A stretch of 64,000 bases of DNA, taken from NCBI GenBank assembly GCA_964016885.1, contig OZ024740.1, positions 103,478,001 through 103,542,000 on the forward strand, given 5' to 3'. Source of the stretch: Eledone cirrhosa (taxonomy: Eukaryota). The notes beneath the pieces were generated by a model, which worked only from the letters and a program-made list of their open reading frames with translations, searched no databases and had not been told where the DNA came from. The translations under genes were made by a program, and so were the position numbers. How positions within the stretch are numbered: the stretch's first letter is position 1; each line of letters opens with the position of its first letter. This document shows, piece after piece, positions 39,536 through 52,250 of the stretch.

Positions 39536-39639
39536 TCTCTGATGATATGCAGAATTTAACAAGGCAGAGCGAGAGAGTGGATATGTAATAATTCAGGTTT
39601 TGTAGGCGATTAGATAACTGTATTGAAACACGTGTTAGA
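39536..39639 (+). ncRNA. Type I hammerhead motif with long loop II
   Basis: Stem I TCT/AGA, CTGATGA 39539-39545, stem II ATGCAG/CTGTAT, GAAA 39625-39628, palindromic ACACGTGT stem III, GTT triplet. Confidence 0.6.
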
Positions 39640-40112
39640 AACTATTGTATGTATAAATAAATGTTCCTTCCTACTTCAATAAATGTTGCCTAGTTTTTCC
39701 TGATATTGCGTTTATATTATACTACTCCATGGAATACTTGAAACCTATGTACCATACTTGGTGATGTGTCTCATATAATCAAAATATTTATGTTACACAA
39801 CTCCAAACGTTAAGCACAGCTGGCAAGTTGTTTCTTCCCTTTTGTTATGCACATTCACTTCACAAAAACATAAGATACTTTTATTTTATCGTTTATATAT
39901 ATTCCACAACAAATTAAACCCTACTCAAGGATGCATGTTTCACCCAATGGATTCTCACCTCAAGTGAGGTTGTGCTGAGAATGCACTGCCTCGAGTATGG
40001 TTTTTAATTTGTTGTGGAACTAACTTTATAACAAACTCGTCTTATGGACTGAATGCTCTACTTACTACGGGTATAACCTCCCAGTGTTTTACCACTATAT
40101 ATATATTAGTTA

Positions 40113-40635
40113 CTAGCAGTGGTACCTGGTGTTGCACGGGATAAGGTATTTTGGAATGCAGGCCGCCAACAGACCTAATCGTGGAAAAACTGCATGCCTG
40201 GACAATATGTAAAGAAAATAAACCGAATACTCTGATGGCTGGATAATCTAAGATTTTCCTCGATGAAGCAGGAAAAATGCAGGTTTTCACCTAATGCGGG
40301 GCCTAGGGGATCAAGAAAAATGTTATTTATGTGCATAATATGCCTTGAAATTTTCGGGGGGGGGGGGGGGGGAATCGGCTAGACGTAACGCCTCAAAAAA
40401 GCCCTAAAAGCTGGAGAAAAAAAAAAAAAAAAAAAAAAAAAATAGTTTTTCGCCTAGGGGAACAAAAAGTTGAATTTTATGTGCATAACACTCCCTGAAA
40501 CATAATACACATGTAAAGTTTGAAAAAAAAAAAAAAAATAAAAAAAAAAAAAATCGGTTGGGTACTTCGAGTTTTAAAGATTCAAACTCAGACAGACAGA
40601 CATCCTCAGTTTTATATACAGATTTTATATATAGA
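40113..40635 (-). mobile_element. Complete non-autonomous Helitron
   Basis: A|TCTATATATAAAA...TGTCTGTCTGT 5' end; subterminal CCCGTGCAACACCAGG hairpin; CTAG|T 3' end. Confidence 0.82.
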
Positions 40636-41125
40636 TAGTACACTAGTTATTGGGACAACTGTAGTACAGAATAAGATATATATATATGTTGAAGTTAATC
40701 AAACTTTAAAGTAATGCTGCTATTAGGAAAGACAATGTATAATACTTTCATACTTGCACAGTCATTTCCATGACATGTAATATCAAAACCTATACTTTTG
40801 ATATACTCAACTAAAAGAATCTAAATCAAACTTACCAGTTGCATCGGTTAGAACTATTTCTAAATCAAAGCTTTCAGGAGACCAATACAAAAAGAACACT
40901 TTTTATCTATTTCTCCCGTGTTATAGGAAAATATAAATTGATAGATCTTGCTTGGGGAGGTAGTTGCTTCTAATAGGAACCTCTAGAACGCATGTCTGAG
41001 TATTCTGCGCTCATGACCCTCTCAAGAATGAGAGGGCAAAGAAGAGAAAAGCAGAGCAAATTTTCGAGTTCTATGCACTTTGGAATATAGATCAGCTGAA
41101 GTAAAATATGAACAGATATAGCCAC

Positions 41126-41733
41126 AGCTATGGTGCGACCACACTTGGAATTCGCATCATCAGTCTGGAACCCCTATCTTGCTCGGAACATTGACCTCCT
41201 GGAAACTGTTCAGAGACGTGCAACCAAGCGTATACCCTCCATCAGACACCTACCATACTCTGAACGCCTTGCTTCCCTGGGCATGGATTCATTGAAGCTC
41301 CGACGTCTGGCAATGGACTTGGTGAATACCCACAAAGTTTTTAACCATCTCGCCAACTGCAACCCTGAGCGCCTCTTTGATCTCCATGTGTCTAACACAC
41401 GTGGACATGCCTACAAGATAAGGAAACAGCACAGCTCCCATGACTTTCGCAGACATTTTTTCACGCTCAGAGTTGCTGAAGCATGGAACAAACTGCCTGC
41501 GTCAATTGTTAGCTGCCGAGACACTGCATCCTTTAAGACACTCATGCTTCCCGAAATATGCCAAAACTACACCTGATGTACCCCTTCCATACACATATGT
41601 GTGTATCATGACTCGTGCACTGTTCATTTTACTGATGTTTGTGCATTCCCTATGTACTGTACATGCACTTTTTTGATGAGTTGTGGTGCACCTGGGCACT
41701 GTACACAATATTTCATTATTGTTATTATTATTA
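41126..41733 (+). mobile_element. CR1-type LINE 3' fragment
   Basis: VRPHLEFASSVWNP, VQRRATK, TRGH, FFTLRVAEAWNKLP; (TTA)n tail. Confidence 0.9.
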
Positions 41734-42960
41734 CTTTAAGAAACCAGACCGTCTAAACTGTTATAACTACTTTACGTTAATACATCATATCTAACACCAT
41801 TAGTGATATAAATGTTAAGGTATTCATTAAATTCTAAGGACTTAATCCATTGCTAAGGACTGTCTTTATGTTGTCTAAATAGATGAAGTCAGATAATGAG
41901 CAACTTTTTTCTTAGTTATACTCATGGGTTCATTAACAAACACCAATTATTGAGCAAAGCTTTATAGTTCAACAATGCATATTTTTAGTCACATTGTTCT
42001 ACCATGTAGTAATATTTTCCTAGTATATATAATGTATACATTATGTCTAAATACATATAGGAATACACTGGTTAATGTACAAGGGTCAGCTATAAAGTTC
42101 ATAGACTGATCAAGATACTTGTGGAATGGCCAAATGAGGTTTTTCAACAGTACTTGGAAAGAAATAATGCAGTTATTAATAAGAAGAGTTGAAATTAATG
42201 CATGCAATATTCACAGCTCTAGCATCACTCCTTTATAGTCAGTTTGAACTTTTCAGCCCACCCTTGTATATCTTCCTTATTTAAGATGGTAGGATGTTGT
42301 GCATTGTCAACTCAGTCGATCATCTGCGAAGCCACTGATGTTAACACCAAGGTCATCTAATTAAACTGATGATTATCGGTGTTCCAGTTGTGACCTTTTT
42401 TTAAATATTTAAGAACTACATTGTCCAATATATCCTTTAAGATGGCATGGTGTGATTTGATAGGGATTTTTCCACATAGAAGCTCCCTTGTTGAATGAGA
42501 GACCAGCTGGCATACATTGACCACCTTACATAAGAGAAAATATTGTAAAGCAGACTGAACAATATTTTTGTCTCAGGAAATTTTACTACTTTCTGTTTTT
42601 CTTCACAGAGGTGATTGGTATAAATGGTAGGGGTTACATGAAGAAAGTGTGATAGTTGAGGGACAGAATGAAGGCCTGGCAGTTTTTTGGTTATACATAG
42701 ATGTATATAATTACACAAGCTCAATTATAATAAGGATACACACTCATTCAATCTAAGTCAGTCCTCAACCTACCTTTTGTATATCTTGTGTAGTATGAAA
42801 TCACCAGAAATGGTTAATACTTTCCTTCTCTCCCACAGGCACACACTTATTAGTGTATAGTGTATTTTTAAATTTATCAAAGAAATAAAAACACAGAAAT
42901 ATATAACGATTTTAAAAGCAGTAGTTCATATGAAAATATGAACTTTATTAACATAAATTA

Positions 42961-42995
<35 letters not shown>

Positions 42996-43164
42996 TGGAT
43001 TTTCCACACAAACATAACTGTATAGTATTTATTTAACAGCTGTGCAAATTGTATGTGGGATAAAAATTTAGAAAGATATACTATGTCTGGGTTTGGTTGC
43101 TTTTTATTGTTTCTTTATCTTTACCTTTAGCAATTTAAAAAATAAACAAAATGTCAGCCTAATA

Positions 43165-43700
43165 ATAATGATGTTAATAGGCACAAGACTCTAAATTTCT
43201 GAGGAGGGCATGGTTGATTAAATTGACCTAGTACTTTACTTAGTATTATATATTTTTGTTGACTCCAGAAGAATGGAAGGCAAAGATGATCATGGAAGAG
43301 TTTGGACTCAAACTAAATGGACAGAAATATCAAAGTATTTGATGCTCTGTGTCTGCTACCCACAGCCCTCCTCCTCCTCCTAATAGTAATAATAATAATT
43401 TCTAACAGGCATAAGGCCACATTTTGGACGAGGGCATAGTACTTAACTAGTACATTAAAAAAAAAAAAAAACTCTGAAAGGCAGAGTTGACCATGGCGAG
43501 ATTTGAACTCGGAATGTAAAGGGATGTAACTAAATACAAGGTATTTTTTCCAGTTCTTTCAATTCTGTCATCCACTACTATTTCTAATAATTATTTCTAA
43601 CACTGGAACAAGGCAACACATTTTGCAGGAGAGGGGACAGTCAATTAAATAGACTCCAGTACATGACTGGTACCATTTTTTTTATTGACATCACTTGGGA
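43165..43700 (-). mobile_element. Cluster of degenerate SINE copies in the syntaxin 3' region
   Basis: Reverse-complement central domain (GAAAGGCAGAGTTGACC..ATTTGAACTC). Confidence 0.6.
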
Positions 43701-44185
43701 TTTAAACTTTAATAATATAACTTTTCAATATGAACAGAAGAGAATATATAGGTATCCAATACATAAAACGAGATGTGTGTATGTATGCAGGTGTAATGTA
43801 ATATATATATATAATATATATATAGCTATGGCATGGATAAATCTTTTTTCAATAATCAAATTGTCATCAATTTTATTTTGACTCATTTCGTTAGATTTAC
43901 GAAAAATTAGTTTAGCTTCCATCTTGAAAAATGTTTTTTCTATTTTGATAGCTTCAATGATATAGTAGACGTTTTTGTAGTATATATGGTATAGTGTGTA
44001 ATGTGATGTACAGTTGCCTGTGTATAATGTTTGGAACTGTGTGACTGCTAATATAAACAAATTGGTATGCACCAGGATATGTCAGTATACCAATTACTGG
44101 ATGTGTAGTTAGCAGTTACACAGAGCTAGGAAGGTAACTTAATAGCAGTGTCCACCACTACCATTATCACAGTTCACATTCAGGT

Positions 44186-44281
44186 CTATTTGGTCACAGA
44201 AAAGTATATGATGATACCTAAAGCAACCAACACCACCACTAAGACCAGCAACAGCAGGCATAACTTCTTACGGTACTTTTT
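44186..44281 (-). CDS. Syntaxin-7/12-like terminal exon, transmembrane anchor (KKYRKKLCLLLLVLVVVLVALGIIIYFSVTK*)
   Basis: Basic juxtamembrane stretch plus hydrophobic tail anchor; ttccag acceptor, TAG stop. Confidence 0.93.
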   Translation of the reverse strand, partial: KKYRKKLCLLLLVLVVVLVALGIIIYFSVTK

Positions 44282-44420
44282 CTGGAAAAGATAACAATAA
44301 TACAATGAAATAGACTTATGTAGTATATATATATTTGGGATAGAGGGGGTTGAAGTAATTAGGGGTTTATGTAGCATATATATATATGGGATAGAGGGAG
44401 GTGAAGTAATTAGTGGCTTA

Positions 44421-44784
44421 TCTATATATATAAACTTGTAGTTTCTGTCTGTTTGTTCACAAACTCCTATGGTTTTGGAGATAAACTCCCATAACCATAT
44501 ATATTCTGAAACTACATTGCCCAGAGTACTTGGATAAGTATATTTCATTTTAATCAAAGGGTTCCCCAGGGGCACAAATGCTGAACATTTTTTCCCTTCG
44601 ATTTATATGAAATTTAAACCATAGGTAAATGACAAGATATGATGCCTATTCACAAAATTTCAATAATATTAAGACGCCCTAATGGAGTTTTTCGCCGTAA
44701 ATTATATCACTGATTTAAAATCAATCATCATTTTCATACAAAAAAAATGTGTGAAACGCAGCAAGGCGCGGGTAATTCGGCAAG
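44421..44784 (+). mobile_element. Non-autonomous Helitron inserted in a minisatellite
   Basis: 5' TCTATATATATAAA; 3' CGCAGCAAGGCGCGGG hairpin plus CAAG (degenerate CTAG); splits the repeat unit at A|T with no TSD. Confidence 0.75.
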
Positions 44785-44890
44785 TGTTGTATATATTTGG
44801 GATAGAGGGGGGGGGGGGGGGGGAATAATTAGGGGTTTATGTAGTATATATTTGGGAAAGAGGGGTTTGGAGTAATTACGGGCTTATGTA

Positions 44891-44966
44891 TCATCATCAT
44901 CATCATCATTTTACGTCCGCTTTTCCCTGCTTGCAAGGGTGGGACGGGTCTTATTCAGCACAGCAT
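44891..44966 (-). mobile_element. Very short 3' fragment of RTE family B
   Basis: Matches the 3' end of the 33585-35045 copy; ATGTA on both flanks (possible TSD). Confidence 0.8.
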
Positions 44967-45139
44967 GTAATATATATATATGGGATAGAGTGGGGGTGAA
45001 GTAATTAGGGGCTTATGTAGTACATATATATGGGATAGAGGGGAGGGGTTGAAGTAATTAGAGGCTTATGTAATATACATTTGGGAAAGAGGGGTTTGGA
45101 GTAATTAGGGGCTTATGTAGTATATATTGGAGGATTATT

Positions 45140-45540
45140 GTCTGAGATTGAGTGAACTCAGAGTAAAGACAAACTATATGCAGATAGACTTATAGGTCAC
45201 GCTTTGTTGTTCAACTGGCTATCTTCCCTGTAGTACCACATCTCCATTTAGTTCAGAACCAAAGTGTACATATTGCACTCTTTCTAATGGACAGTTTCTC
45301 TGCACCCATAGATCCTCACAGTGGCTACAACCTGGTCAGGTATGATGGACTGTCACAATATTTGGTGGAGATTATTAATATATAGGATGAAGAGTGAGGA
45401 GAACAGAACCAAACTTACGGCACCAGGCTGGTTGAGGAGTTGTGGCTAGGAAGTTTCAGCAAATTTGGTAGAGATCCTCTTGGCAAGGGACCAGAAGGAC
45501 TGGTTGGAATTTGAGAAGCAATAGAGTTTGCAGGCTGTGC
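45140..45540 (-). mobile_element. Highly degenerate LINE fragment
   Basis: FWSLAKRIS and frameshifted GSVL..LFILYINNL remnants. Confidence 0.5.
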
Positions 45541-46835
45541 GATGCACAAAAGCGTGCTGTTAGAATCTGTTTCCAACAAAAAAGATTGCCCAAAACCTAA
45601 CTTTCATAAAGCTGTTGACTAACTTTACACTTGTGAAAAATATGAAACTTTTCAAAAACCTAAAAATCTAATTTTCATTTAAATAATATACAATGAATTT
45701 TTATTAAAAAAAATCTAACTTTAATAAAAAATTTAAAATTTATTTGATGAAATTCACTTAGTGTGTGAATAGAAAGGACTTCTGTCATTTTTGACAATGA
45801 ATGTTTCAGTTGTTTGATCAATGGAACAACCTGCTCATGAGATTAACATGTAAGTGGCTGAGCATTCCACTGACAAATACCCATAACATAATTATCATAG
45901 AATCAGTATGTGACATGACTGCCCCTTTGAATATATGGGTATAGTCAATCCAATGGGCTTCTAAACAGTCTCCCATGACCAAATTTCATTCACAAGGCAT
46001 GGCTCCACCCCAGGACCTAATAATTGTGAAGCAAACTTCTTAACCATTCGTACATGCTGTGTCCAGTGTGTGTACAGCAGTTAAAACTACACCACAAAGG
46101 CTGTTTTAATTTTTTAAGACTGGAAAATGCTTCAGCCATGAACACAAGAGTCATTGGCGACCAATATCATCCAAACACTAACCTGTTGTAGATTTGTGTA
46201 CTCCTCTACCACTTTTGTTCCACCATATACACACCAAAAGCTACATTATATACTTATTTCCTGCACTCCTACCACCCCTACAATAACCCAGTTATACTAA
46301 GCACTTCAAAAATAATAATGAATATTGTAAACATCTAAACTTGGTCTTTAAAGAGGTGTTATTTAGCCCTGGTGTTAAGTAAATATTAGTTTCCAATCTC
46401 AAGATTTGAACATTGTATATTAGGAACTATTGCTAAAATGTACTCAAAAGCCCCGAGTTGACCACGCAATAGTTTATCCACAGCCATTTAGCTTCATTGC
46501 ACTAAATGCTATATTCTCTTTGGACTTAGTCCTTTCCTTTCTTCTCTGGATCCACAATTCCTGTTTATATTTTACTTCCAATCACCAGCAGCTCATATTC
46601 GAACATTAATCACATCAACCTCACTCATTCATCCCAAACTGAGTTTGCTTGAAAAGGGTATGGGCTGAGACACCTATTACAAAGGAAAAAAAAAGTGAAA
46701 AAAGGAGAAATGATTCCTGGAGAACCCTCATTCATGTCAGCTTCTGTACAGAGTGATGTAACAGAATAAGATGGTTTCACTCAACTGACCAAAACTGCTC
46801 CCTGATCAACATGATGTGGTTATAACAAAACCCAC

Positions 46836-46918
46836 CTGATGTGATGCAGCTTTAGTGAGCTGTTGCACTCCACTCTCAACTCGCGAATACCCAGAGTCTA
46901 CATTGGCTTCAATAGAAT
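46836..46918 (-). CDS. Syntaxin exon, SNARE motif C-half (DSIEANVDSGYSRVESGVQQLTKAASHQ)
   Basis: DSIEANV is characteristic of STX7/STX12; ttccag/gtgggt boundaries. Confidence 0.95.
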
Positions 46919-47375
46919 CTGGAAAATAGTAGAAAGTAAGATATTTAAATTTTTATTAATTTTGGCTAATGAAATATAATTAAAAATATATATCCCAATA
47001 GTCACATTCATCATCATCGTTTTATGTCCATTTTTCCATGCAAACAGGTTAGATAAGTTGTCCTGTTGTGAGACAAGTAAGATCAAGTGACCATATCTTG
47101 TTCATAAAAAACTGTTCCTAGCTTGGTTTCTATGGCTTCCTAATGCCAACCACAGTTACAGCATGTACTGTGTGCTTTTTATCGTATCACTGACATAACC
47201 ACTTTACAATGTGCACTACGCACTTACACCCCACCCTAGATCTACTGCTCCAATCCCTATGCTACATACGCAGACCTCACCAACCCAGCCCACGCTGATT
47301 ATAAAAACCAATGACCAATAAAACTAGGAAATCATTGGTCTAATTTTCTTGTTTTCTTCTATCCCTCTCTAAATA

Positions 47376-47871
47376 TAATAATAATAATAATAATGAAATT
47401 ATTGTGTACAGTGCTCAGGTGCACTACAACTCATCAAAGGTGCATGTATAGTACATAGAATAATGTACAAATGTCAGGAAAATGAACAGTGTATGAGACA
47501 TGATATAATAACAATAACAATAATGAAATATTGTGTACAGTGCCCAGGTGCACCACAACTCATCAAAAAAGTGCATGTACAGTACATAGGGCAATGCACA
47601 AACATCAGTAAAATTAACAGTGCACGAGTCATGATACACACGTGTGCATGTGTATGGAAGGGGTACATCAGGTGTAGTTTTGGCGTATTTCGGGAAGCAT
47701 GAGTGTCTTAAAGGATGCAGTGTCTCGGCAGCTAACAATTGATGCAGGCAGTTTGTTCCATGCTTCAGCAACTCTGAGCGTGAAAAAATGTCTGCGAAAG
47801 TCATGGGAGCTGTGCTGTTTTCTTATCTTGTAGGCATGTCCACGTGTGTTAGACACATGGAGATCAAAGAG
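47376..47871 (-). mobile_element. Two tandem CR1-type 3' ends (about 47376-47500 and 47505-47871)
   Basis: 3' UTR plus (TTA)n tail occurs twice; inner copy resembles the 41126 copy, outer resembles the 55516 copy. Confidence 0.85.
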
Positions 47872-48004
47872 TCTTTGATCAAACCTAGCTTCAATCAATA
47901 TTTTGTTATATGTGGTAAATGCCGGCAGAATGAGTAGAGTTTATATACTGGGCTCAAATCCTGCTGGGTTTCACTTAGCTTTTCCCCCAAAATTTTGGTC
48001 CATG

Positions 48005-49521
48005 CTGAATGCTATGCAGGCATTTTTACTAATGAAAATCAAAATGTACCATCTCCATCACCCGATATCAAATTCTATAGCAATTCTAGAATTTACACCA
48101 ACGATGCTGCAATGCCACCTTAAGAATAAGCACAACTATGCCTCTCTTGGTCTTGATGGTGTCACGTACCCGCTTCTCAAATGTGGTGGGTACTTTCTTT
48201 TGCACCAGCTTTCACTCTTCTTTCAATTCTGCCTTAACAGTGTTACCCAAGAATAGTGGAAAACTGCCAGTGTCATTCCTCTGTTCAAAAAAGGTGATCG
48301 CATGTTGCCTGTCAACTATTGCCCAGTTAGTTTTACTAGCTGCATTGCCAAACTGATGGAGACCTGTGTCAGAGAAACTCTCTGAAACTTCTTGAACTCT
48401 CACAGATTTATCCAGCCCGCATAATTTGGATTTATCTCTAACTCCAGTTGCTGTGATCAACTCATTGAATTTCTTGACATTACCCAAATCACTGATGGTG
48501 GCTCATGGGTGGATGTTGTTTATCTTGACTTTGCTAAAGCTTTTAATTCTGTGCCACACAAAAGACTTATGGCAAAACACTCTGTAATGGGTGTGAGAAA
48601 TGATCTTCATAACCGGTTGAAGTCCTTCATTCTCAGTCGAAAAGAGGTAGTCACAGTTCTAGGACAGCCTTCTTCACCCTATGAGATGACATCTGGTGTA
48701 CCATTGGGATCTGTTCTTGGTCCCCTCTTGTTTGTTACATATATTAATAACATAGATGCCAAATGCCACAGTACTGAAATACAAAGATGACATCAAGCTG
48801 TACTTTGAGATAAAAAGGACAGACCCTCTATGCTATAGATCTTTCCTGCAATCAGACCTAGACACAATGCAGCAATAGATTACGGACTGGCAACTCAAGA
48901 TGGCTGTGGACAAGTGTACCACTACGCATTTTGTGAGAAAAATGCCCAGCATTCACATACTCACTCCACAACACCAATCTCAAGAAGCCTTTTTGTGAAC
49001 GTGACCTGGGAATTTGCGCTGGGCAAAGCACATCTCTAAAATTGTCAAGAAGGCCGAGGGTGTCTTAGCATCACTCAGTAAGATCTTTGTCAGCCGCTCT
49101 CCAGCTATCTATTTAAAGTTGTATATAGCTATCGTGTGTCCACATTTAGAATTTGCATCACCAATCTGGAAACCCTTTCTTGCTCAGAATATCGATCTGG
49201 AAACTGTTCAGAGACAGGCAACCAAACAAATACCCTCCATCAGGCATTTACCATATTCTGAATGCCTTGCTTCCCTGGGTATGGATACATTGAAGCTCCA
49301 ATGTCCAGCAACTGACTTGGTAGACATCCACAAAATTATTAACCATCTTGCCAACAACAACCCTGAGCACCTTTTTGAAATCCATGTGTCTAACACCTGT
49401 GGACATGCTTACAAAATCAGAAAACAGTACAGCTCCCATGACTTTCGGAAACTTTTCATGGAACAAACTACCAGCATCACTTGTTATCAGGACACTGCAT
49501 TCTTCAAAACTTCCATGCTTT
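48005..49521 (+). mobile_element. CR1-type LINE RT region, degenerate, 3' tail missing
   Basis: DVVYLDFAKAF, SGVPLGSVLGPLLF, HLEFASPIW. Confidence 0.9.
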
Positions 49522-49524
49522 GTC

Positions 49525-49708
49525 GGTGAATTGGCAGTATCGGTAGAGGGACGGACGCCATGGTTTGCAGCTTAGAGTTACAGCACTTTATGGTCTGAGT
49601 TCAAATCCCGTCGAAGTTAACTTTGCCTTTCATCCTTACAGGGTCGATAAAATAAAGTACCAGTAATGTACTGGGTATTTGCTGGCCTTGTGCCAAAAGT
49701 AGAAACTA
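49525..49708 (+). mobile_element. SINE, same family
   Basis: Close match to the 2429 and 56583 copies. Confidence 0.8.
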
Positions 49709-50273
49709 TTTTTCCAAGTGGTGGAACCTGAGATAAATTACCTCCCTTTATATTCTGACATCAAATTTGTTTAGGTGGTAGTGTTGGTGTCACAATAAAA
49801 AGCTGACAGGACATGCTGTAAAGGGGTTGGCATTAGAAAAGATATCCAGCCTTAGATACCATGCCAAAAATGGAACATATGAGCCAGTTGCCACAGAACG
49901 TGACAAATCATGCAAGGATGGGAAAATAGATATTAAAGAATGATGATGATAACTTAGAGTACTTGAACTTAATTCAGAAATGAAATAATCAACAACATTT
50001 TTACATTTGCTTTCCACACTGGGATGGTTTGGTTGAGTTGTCACAGTTGGAGACCAGATGGATCAGAGCTACCCCATCTTGTTCATATGTTCCATATTTG
50101 GTATGGTTTCTTCTGCTGGATGCTCTTCCTAATGCCAGCCACCTTACAAAGTGTATTGGGTGTATTTTTTTCATGGCACCCACTTGAGGTCTCTGGGGTT
50201 TAGCCTTTAAAGCATATACCTTAATCCCTGTCTGATGGCACGAGACAATATAAATAAGAACAACCAAACTTAC

Positions 50274-50346
50274 CTATTACATCTCCCTGCTCATGTATCA
50301 TGGTCCCTAGTTCTCGAAAGATTTCATTTACATCCAGAATATCACC
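50274..50346 (-). CDS. Syntaxin exon, SNARE motif with 0-layer Q ([24 protein letters not shown])
   Basis: DILDVNxIFxxLxxMIHEQGDxI Qa-SNARE motif; ttgtag/gtaagt. Confidence 0.95.
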
Positions 50347-50700
50347 CTACAAGACACCAAAACACATAACAGTACAGTACTGATTAAATCATCGATTTGC
50401 ACACACACACACGTTTGCAAATCAAACTTATTTTTTTATTGGTTTCAGTTATTGGACAGTGGCCATATTGGAGCATTACTTTCAAGGGGCATTACTTTCA
50501 AGAGTATCATTGGATTACATCGACCTGATTTCTTTGCTTGGTATTTATTTTCTTGGAAGATACAATATGTAAAGTTAATATTTGCATAAAAAATAATACA
50601 ATATGACAGTGCATATACACACACATGGTGGGTCATAATTAGTTTACAAGCATACTGTTAAGAAATGCACTAAAAACCTGGTATTAAATATTCTAAAAGT

Positions 50701-50767
50701 ACCTGTAATATTTTGTACCTTATATCGACCTGTAATATTTTGTACATTATATCTACCTGTAATATTT
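50701..50767. repeat. Short tandem repeat ACCTGTAATATTTTGTAC.TTATATC, ~2.5 units
   Basis: Direct inspection. Confidence 0.8.
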
Positions 50768-51275
50768 GGAAATGTTTATATCTGTTCAGATTTTAGAACA
50801 TCTCCGTCCCTACTTCCAAGTCATCCTAAATTCTGAATGGTGGCCAGGACGCAGACACACTGGGCTTCTGCAGAGTTTATGTCTACCAAATTTCACTCAC
50901 AGGTTATTGAGAACCTGAGGGTATGTTGGAAGGCACTTGCCCAAAGTGCTATGCAGTCTGTATGCACTTAAATCGTTGAGCATGCATGTTTATTATGTTT
51001 AGTGTGCATGTTAAATACCAATTGTGTTTAGTGTATATGAATATGTTAACTCTTATCCTGCAATGATTTAGTAGAAAATATTTGAAAATAGGTTTGTTAA
51101 TTCAAATGATTACACAACAGATCATTGTGAAAAAAATTGCAGTATTAGAGTAAAGACTTCAATCTTTAATGACACAATCCTAGTGATGTTTTGTACGTTT
51201 CAAAAATGTCTTACTAATGTGGTTATGTGTGGTACAGGATGTTAAGAGGTAATGTATGTATATGTGGTATCTCAC

Positions 51276-51404
51276 TTCGAGCTGTCTAATCCTCTCTTCT
51301 CTTTCAAGAATCAAGGTTGTGTCTTCTTCAATTATCTCCTGTTGCTGCATCAGTTGTTGTTCTCGTTGTTGTCGCTGTAGTAGGGACTCCTGGTTGTCAT
51401 CATC
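51276..51404 (-). CDS. Syntaxin exon (DDDNQESLLQRQQ...LILEREERIRQLE)
   Basis: LIxERExxIRQLE motif; ccctag/gtgaga, phase 0-0. Confidence 0.92.
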
Positions 51405-51809
51405 CTAGGGAACAGAGGTAAAGGGAAACTGATTATGTGAACATAATGACATGTTTATGAAAATCCAGCTATGTACTGCACCCTCCCACACACACATGTG
51501 CACATCTAAATGTTGATGCTTACTCACAGGAACACCCCTATGCATTATATAATGCTTGTACACATATGCACCCATTTTGATTCAGTTTGATCTGTCCAAC
51601 CCTTGCTAGCATGGAAAAAATGACATTAAATTATGATATGTGCAAACAGTATTTAATGCTGCATAAGTCATGTAAGGCTATGCTGGCACTGTAGCTGACA
51701 TGTTTGACAGGGTGTATATTAATTTTCAAAACAATCAGTGTGACATAGAATGAGGCAATTTCATGTTACTGCTGTTACTAACACAATCCCAGTGGGAATA
51801 ACATGGACA

Positions 51810-52250
51810 TGAGCAGCTTGTTTTAAACTCCTCTGTTATGGCCTGAAGAACTATGATGAACAGCAGTGGGCTAAGAATTGAACTTTGAATTCCTTACTGA
51901 ACTCATTTCCTACTCTCACTTTACTGACATCCCCTTTGTACATAGCTTGCACTGTTCTAGCAAGCCATTCTTCTACATTTAATTTCCTTAAGGACCATAA
52001 AATAATAGTTCGAGTTACTGTCAAAGGCCTTCTCTAAATCAACAAAAGCTAAATATAGTGGCTTATTTTTGGCTAGGAACTTCTCTTGTTGATGCCTCAT
52101 TAAGAAGGCATGAAACCAGACTGCATCTCATTTATTTTTACTCTTTCTTTAATTAGCTGTGCTATAACTCTTTCTGTCACTTTCATAACTTGGTTCATTA
52201 GTTTTATTCCTCTACAGTTGCTCCTTTCTAGAGCATCACCTTTGCCCTTT
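51810..52250 (-). mobile_element. Degenerate RTE RT fragment
   Basis: KGKGDALER, KPLYLAFVDLEKAFD and LQAITEEFK remnants. Confidence 0.8.

Larger units (their letters stand above)
44315..45128. repeat. G-rich minisatellite, ~45-50 bp unit (GGCTTATGTAGTATATATTTGGGATAGAGGGGGTTGAAGTAATTAG)
   Basis: About 8 units, interrupted by Helitron and RTE fragments. Confidence 0.9.

Noticed and set aside
42366-42400. CTGATGA motif (also at 20944, 37059 and 63284)
   Set aside because: No matching stem II plus GAAA and no cleavage triplet
44315-45128. Regularly spaced repeats reminiscent of a CRISPR array
   Set aside because: Eukaryotic context, no unique spacers, no cas genes; it is a minisatellite
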